64,000 bases of DNA from Minisyncoccota bacterium (lineage in GTDB: Bacteria > Patescibacteriota > Minisyncoccia > Phycocordibacterales > WO2-35-19). A model generated the notes under the pieces. It was not told the origin of the DNA. It made no database searches and saw nothing but the letters and a program-made list of their open reading frames with translations. This document shows, piece by piece, positions 60,333 through 64,000 of this stretch (positions within the stretch are counted from its first letter, which is position 1; the number at the start of each line of letters is the position of its first letter). The stretch covers positions 30,543 through 94,542 of the forward strand of contig DATDXE010000004.1 in the NCBI GenBank assembly GCA_036517255.1, read 5' to 3'. The position numbers and the translations under genes are program-made.

Positions 60333-61055
60333 TCACATTTTCCCCAGAAAAACTTTTTCAAGAATGTTGCTGTTTATGATAGTAGAGGGAGTGTCAGAGA
60401 CGACCACCTTCCCCTTATCAAGCACATAAGCCCGACTGGCGATTTCGAGTAGTGATTTTATATTGTGTTCGACTACGACGATTGCCGTTCGACGTTTTTC
60501 ATTTATTTCTTTTATTTTTTGGAAAACTTCTTTCACAATTTTGGGAGCGAGGCCGAGTGATGGTTCGTCGAGGAGAAGCACTTTAGGGTCAACGATAAGC
60601 CCGCGAGCGATAGCGAGCATTTGCTGTTGACCACCAGAAAGCGAACTCGACTTTTCTTTCAGCTTTGATCGGAGCATCGGAAAAAGCTCCAATACATCTT
60701 CTATTCTTTTTTTAATCTCTTTCTGATCCTTTATTACATATCCACCCACTTCCAAGTTTTCTCTAACAGTCAGATGTTTAAAAACTCTTCGGCCTTGAGG
60801 GACGAAAGAGATGCCTCTTTCCACCATTTCATGCGATACCGGTTTTACTTCATGTTCATGCCACAACACTTTGCCACTTTCAATAGGCGCGAGTCCAAAT
60901 ATAGCCTTCAGTACCGTCGATTTCCCTGCCCCATTTGGGCCCATCAGGGCTACTACCTCCCCCTCATCCACCTCCACACTCGCCCCCGCGAGCGCCCGGA
61001 CGCCCCCGTAGTGAACATGAACATTTTCAATTTTTAAGAGTACCTCTTTTTGCAT
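60333..61055 (-). CDS. livF: Branched-chain amino acid ABC ATPase
   Basis: GPNGAGKST, VPQGRRVF, LSGGQQQMLAIAR, LDEPSLGLAP. Confidence 0.9.
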   Translation of the reverse strand: MQKEVLLKIENVHVHYGGVRALAGASVEVDEGEVVALMGPNGAGKSTVLKAIFGLAPIESGKVLWHEHEVKPVSHEMVERGISFVPQGRRVFKHLTVRENLEVGGYVIKDQKEIKKRIEDVLELFPMLRSKLKEKSSSLSGGQQQMLAIARGLIVDPKVLLLDEPSLGLAPKIVKEVFQKIKEINEKRRTAIVVVEHNIKSLLEIASRAYVLDKGKVVVSDTPSTIINSNILEKVFLGKM

Positions 61056-61058
61056 CCA

Positions 61059-62159
61059 CTATTCTGCCTTTATATACTGACCATTTTTTAGAGTCCAGAG
61101 CTCAAGAGCAAAAGTTACTGATCTATCATCCTGATAACCAAATCCTTTTATAGCTGGATTTTCATAGTTGAATTTTTTAGCCTGTGATACAAAATCCTTC
61201 GAATCAAATCCTGATTTTTGAATCATAGAGACAACTGCTTTTGTTATATCATATCCAAGAGCTACTACGTAATCTTCAGGGTTTTTTCCATACTTAACGC
61301 TATATTTTGAAGTAAACTCTGTACTGAATTGATTAGGAGCAATACCAGGCGCAAAAGTGCCTTCTATTGAGGAACCAAAATCTTTTACTGCTTGCATATT
61401 TAGGTCAACAAAAGTAATCCTCATACCTTTATACCCTCTTTCTTTCAAAATCTTCATGAGAGTGAAGGCCTGCGAAGTATCGCCACTCGCCATAAATACA
61501 GCATCAGCTTTCGAGGCAATTACCTTATCTGCTTGAGTTTTTAAATCTCTGCTTTCAAAAGGTACGAGTTCATTTATTACAACAGAATAACCTCCATCTT
61601 TAGATAGAGCGACCATCCCATCTCGAGAATTTATACCAAAGTCATCATTGGTATTTATCAAAGCGACAGTCTTCACATTCTGCTTTTTGATTTCAGGCAA
61701 AACAGTTTTAAGTTGATCAACGGCACCAGGATAGCCACAGAAAACATTCTCTAAATCTTTAAACGCATCCGAACAATATGAAGCAGAGAAAATTGTTACG
61801 CCCTTTTCTTTTGCCATTGGAGAAACAGCTACGACTTCATCGGGCACATAGAGTCCTAAAAGCACATCTACTTTATCTACATCTAGAAGTTTTTTTGCAG
61901 CGGTGACTCCATCTAATGTTTCAGTATGATCATCCTCGACGATAAAAGTAACTTTTGCAGGATCAAATTCAGCCTTGGCGAGTTCCACACCCTGTAAAAG
62001 TTTTTCTCCAGAAACAGCAACACTTCCAGTAAGAGGAAGAATTACTCCAACCTTTATCGGTTGTGTATTTTCTGTAGAATCAGGCTGTTTTTTAGAAAAA
62101 TAAACCAACCCTATAACAACAATCACCACAACCAAAATCCAAGCTAATTTTTTATTCAT
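61059..62159 (-). CDS. Branched-chain amino acid ABC substrate-binding protein
   Basis: IKVGVILPLTG, VEDD, GYD. Confidence 0.85.
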   Translation of the reverse strand: MNKKLAWILVVVIVVIGLVYFSKKQPDSTENTQPIKVGVILPLTGSVAVSGEKLLQGVELAKAEFDPAKVTFIVEDDHTETLDGVTAAKKLLDVDKVDVLLGLYVPDEVVAVSPMAKEKGVTIFSASYCSDAFKDLENVFCGYPGAVDQLKTVLPEIKKQNVKTVALINTNDDFGINSRDGMVALSKDGGYSVVINELVPFESRDLKTQADKVIASKADAVFMASGDTSQAFTLMKILKERGYKGMRITFVDLNMQAVKDFGSSIEGTFAPGIAPNQFSTEFTSKYSVKYGKNPEDYVVALGYDITKAVVSMIQKSGFDSKDFVSQAKKFNYENPAIKGFGYQDDRSVTFALELWTLKNGQYIKAE

Positions 62160-62227
62160 ATTTATTTTTACGATCTTGATTAATTAGTTCCATACTATCA
62201 AAAAAGTAAAATATGTAAACAGTAGGC

Positions 62228-62500
62228 TTAAAAAAGTCTTTTAAACTTTCTGTATACTTCATCGTCATTTCTTTTACCAATTAACTCAACTCTAACTTCT
62301 GGTTCTAAAATTGTGTAGATAATTCTATATTCTCCTATATCAGTAGCAAAGTAACCTGAGTATCCTTTTAGAGGTTTACTATCTGGAGGCAATGGATCAT
62401 CTTTGAGACTTAGAGCCTTTACAGATACCTACCTTTTTTGTTTTGGCGGTAACTTTTTAAAAAACTTTGATGCTAATTTTGAAAATTTAACGCTTAACAT
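62228..62500 (-). pseudogene. RelE/ParE toxin with in-frame TAG at codon 24
   Basis: MLSVKFSKLASKFFKKLPPKQKR*VSVKAL...DSKPLKGY..YFATDIGEYRIIY...IGKRNDDEVY; overlaps the antitoxin stop. Confidence 0.85.
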
Positions 62501-62756
62501 TAAGAGCCGATCTTAATAATTTTTCAGTTTGAGCTACCGTCAAATAACCACCTTTTGCTGCCTTTTTTGCTTTTTCTCCCCAATAAGCATCAATGATCGC
62601 TTCAAAATCCTCATAATCAGCATAGTTTTCATTTGATAGAACATAAGCAACTTTACGGCCATTTTTTTGTATAGCAACTGGAGAACGACGAGCTTCGTCA
62701 AGAAGTCGTCCAAAGTTATTTTTTGCTTCTTTAGCTGTAAAAACTATTTGACTCAT
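62487..62756 (-). CDS. Phd/YefM antitoxin
   Basis: TAKEAKNNFGRLLDEA...PVAIQKNGR. Confidence 0.9.
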   Translation of the reverse strand: MSQIVFTAKEAKNNFGRLLDEARRSPVAIQKNGRKVAYVLSNENYADYEDFEAIIDAYWGEKAKKAAKGGYLTVAQTEKLLRSALNVKR

Positions 62757-62760
62757 AATA

Positions 62761-62794
62761 GTAGCTATTGTAGCTAAAGTAGCTTCTTTGTCAA
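62761..62794 (-). promoter_or_regulatory. TA promoter with AGCTAC repeats (operator)
   Basis: TTGACA-16-TACAAT overlapping three AGCTAC repeats. Confidence 0.55.
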
Positions 62795-62835
62795 GGAAAA
62801 GCGGTTGATAACCTTAAGAAGTTTATGGATGTGAT

Positions 62836-63621
62836 CTACTCCCCCAAATATGCCTCAATTACATCTTTTCTGGCCAAGACTTCTTCTGGTTTACCTTCAG
62901 CTAACAACTTGCCTGCATCCAAGACAAAAATATGGTCGGACAATTCGCGGATAAGGTCCATATTGTGTTCGACTAGGATCACGGTTTTACCTTTTTCCTT
63001 TAGCTCTTTTATAACAGAACTGACGATTTTTACCATCTCGGGGAAAAGGCCGGCAAAAGGCTCGTCGAAGAAAAATATTTTCGCCTCCCCTGTTGGCGAA
63101 TGAGTCATAGCTAGAATACGGGCGATTTCGAGCAGTTTGCGCTGACCATATGAAAGGTTCGCTGCAAGCTCATTCTGTTTTACTTGCCCGCCCGAAGCTT
63201 TATGCGAAGGAGGGTTCCACAACCCTACACGATTTAACACCTCCTCTGCCTTTTCTAAGTGAAATGTTTTGTGTTTTTCGAACAAAGCTTCTGTAGTATT
63301 TCTTTCCGTGAGCACTACTAAAATATTGTCGAGTACTGTCATCTGCTCGAAAAGCCTCACATCTTGAAAGGTGCGCGTGATTTCGTAGGTCGGGACATCG
63401 TACCGCCTGATTTTGGAAAGGACTGTATCTCTGCCCACGAGTACCATTCCTCCATCGATTTGATGTATGCCAGTAATCGTATTGATGAGAGTCGATTTAC
63501 CACTACCATTCGGCCCTATCAAACTCGTCACCTTCCCTGGCTCAAAGGACAACGAAAGCCCATCCACGGCATACACTCCATCAAAGTGTTTAGTAATTTT
63601 ATTTGTTGAAAGTGTTGACAT
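62836..63621 (-). CDS. livG: Branched-chain amino acid ABC ATPase
   Basis: GPNGSGKST, RTFQ, LSYGQRKLLEIAR, DEPFAG, AYLG; in-frame palindromic insert NPPSHKASGGQ. Confidence 0.9.
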   Translation of the reverse strand: MSTLSTNKITKHFDGVYAVDGLSLSFEPGKVTSLIGPNGSGKSTLINTITGIHQIDGGMVLVGRDTVLSKIRRYDVPTYEITRTFQDVRLFEQMTVLDNILVVLTERNTTEALFEKHKTFHLEKAEEVLNRVGLWNPPSHKASGGQVKQNELAANLSYGQRKLLEIARILAMTHSPTGEAKIFFFDEPFAGLFPEMVKIVSSVIKELKEKGKTVILVEHNMDLIRELSDHIFVLDAGKLLAEGKPEEVLARKDVIEAYLGE

Positions 63622-63680
63622 TTGATTTGGCGAAATCATGCCGACCCGACGTCCATTAGGGGTCGGCTTTTCTTAATTCT

Positions 63681-64000
63681 TTATTTCTTCAAAGGAACAA
63701 ACTTACCATCTTGGATTGTTTGGATTGCAGTCGGGGTATTGAGAGAAGCGTGTTCAGCACTGAATTGGAATGTACCATTTGGAGTTTTGAATTTTGTGTT
63801 TTCAAGAAGAGAAGGTACTTCTGATTTATCTTTAGCTTTTGATACAGCTTCGGCTAAGATATAAAGAGCATCATAAGCCCTGTTTACCGAATTGGCTGGT
63901 TCGATTTTATATATTTCCCTAAATTTCTTATCGAAGCTCTCTGGAGTAACATTCCAATTCAAAACTACGACACCATCAAACAAACTTTTATCAGTCCCTT
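63681..64000 (-). CDS. ABC substrate-binding protein, C-terminal part (partial)
   Basis: AYDALYILAEA, G.FQFS, IQDGKFVP; runs off window end. Confidence 0.75.
   Translation of the reverse strand, partial: GTDKSLFDGVVVLNWNVTPESFDKKFREIYKIEPANSVNRAYDALYILAEAVSKAKDKSEVPSLLENTKFKTPNGTFQFSAEHASLNTPTAIQTIQDGKFVPLKK

Noticed and set aside
62429-62431. Stop-codon reassignment suggested by the in-frame TAG in relE
   Set aside because: TAG, TGA and TAA all end ordinary genes in this window (typA and rpsA end in TAG); a single nonsense mutation is simpler.

Overview
A 64-kb chromosomal segment of a small, AT-rich bacterium using the standard genetic code. The gene set points to Patescibacteria/CPR, probably Parcubacteria (inference): a VirB2-like pilin array, truncated ValS, a degenerate HisS-like gene, and mostly SD-less genes with an extended -10 box just upstream of the ATG. 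Housekeeping content: typA, ddl, cysK, htpX/lemA, groEL/ES, secG, rnj, rpsU, ybeY, ftsA/Z, trxB, tsaD, valS, gyrA, rpsA, pth, lepB, a branched-chain amino acid ABC cluster, RNase P RNA and nine tRNAs. Highlights: (1) tRNA-Asn(GTT) split inside the anticodon by a 560-nt group I intron that encodes an HNH endonuclease; (2) a DUF1874/AcrIII-1-like ring nuclease gene with an IS30 inserted between it and its apparent promoter; (3) a DUF559 endonuclease gene bracketed by inverted hairpin repeats, with an empty MITE-like copy elsewhere and a solo end translated in frame inside tsaD; (4) several palindromic repeat families inserted in frame in core genes, three of them in tsaD; (5) an HTH/LAGLIDADG-like gene whose stop codon lies inside tRNA-Val; (6) self-contained SD-led orphan cassettes, two with an anti-SD right after the stop codon, as in type I toxin mRNAs; (7) candidate small RNAs downstream of a NYN nuclease gene and of groEL; (8) a RelE toxin pseudogene with an amber codon. 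No CRISPR array or rRNA was seen. All family calls come from motif recognition, not database searches.
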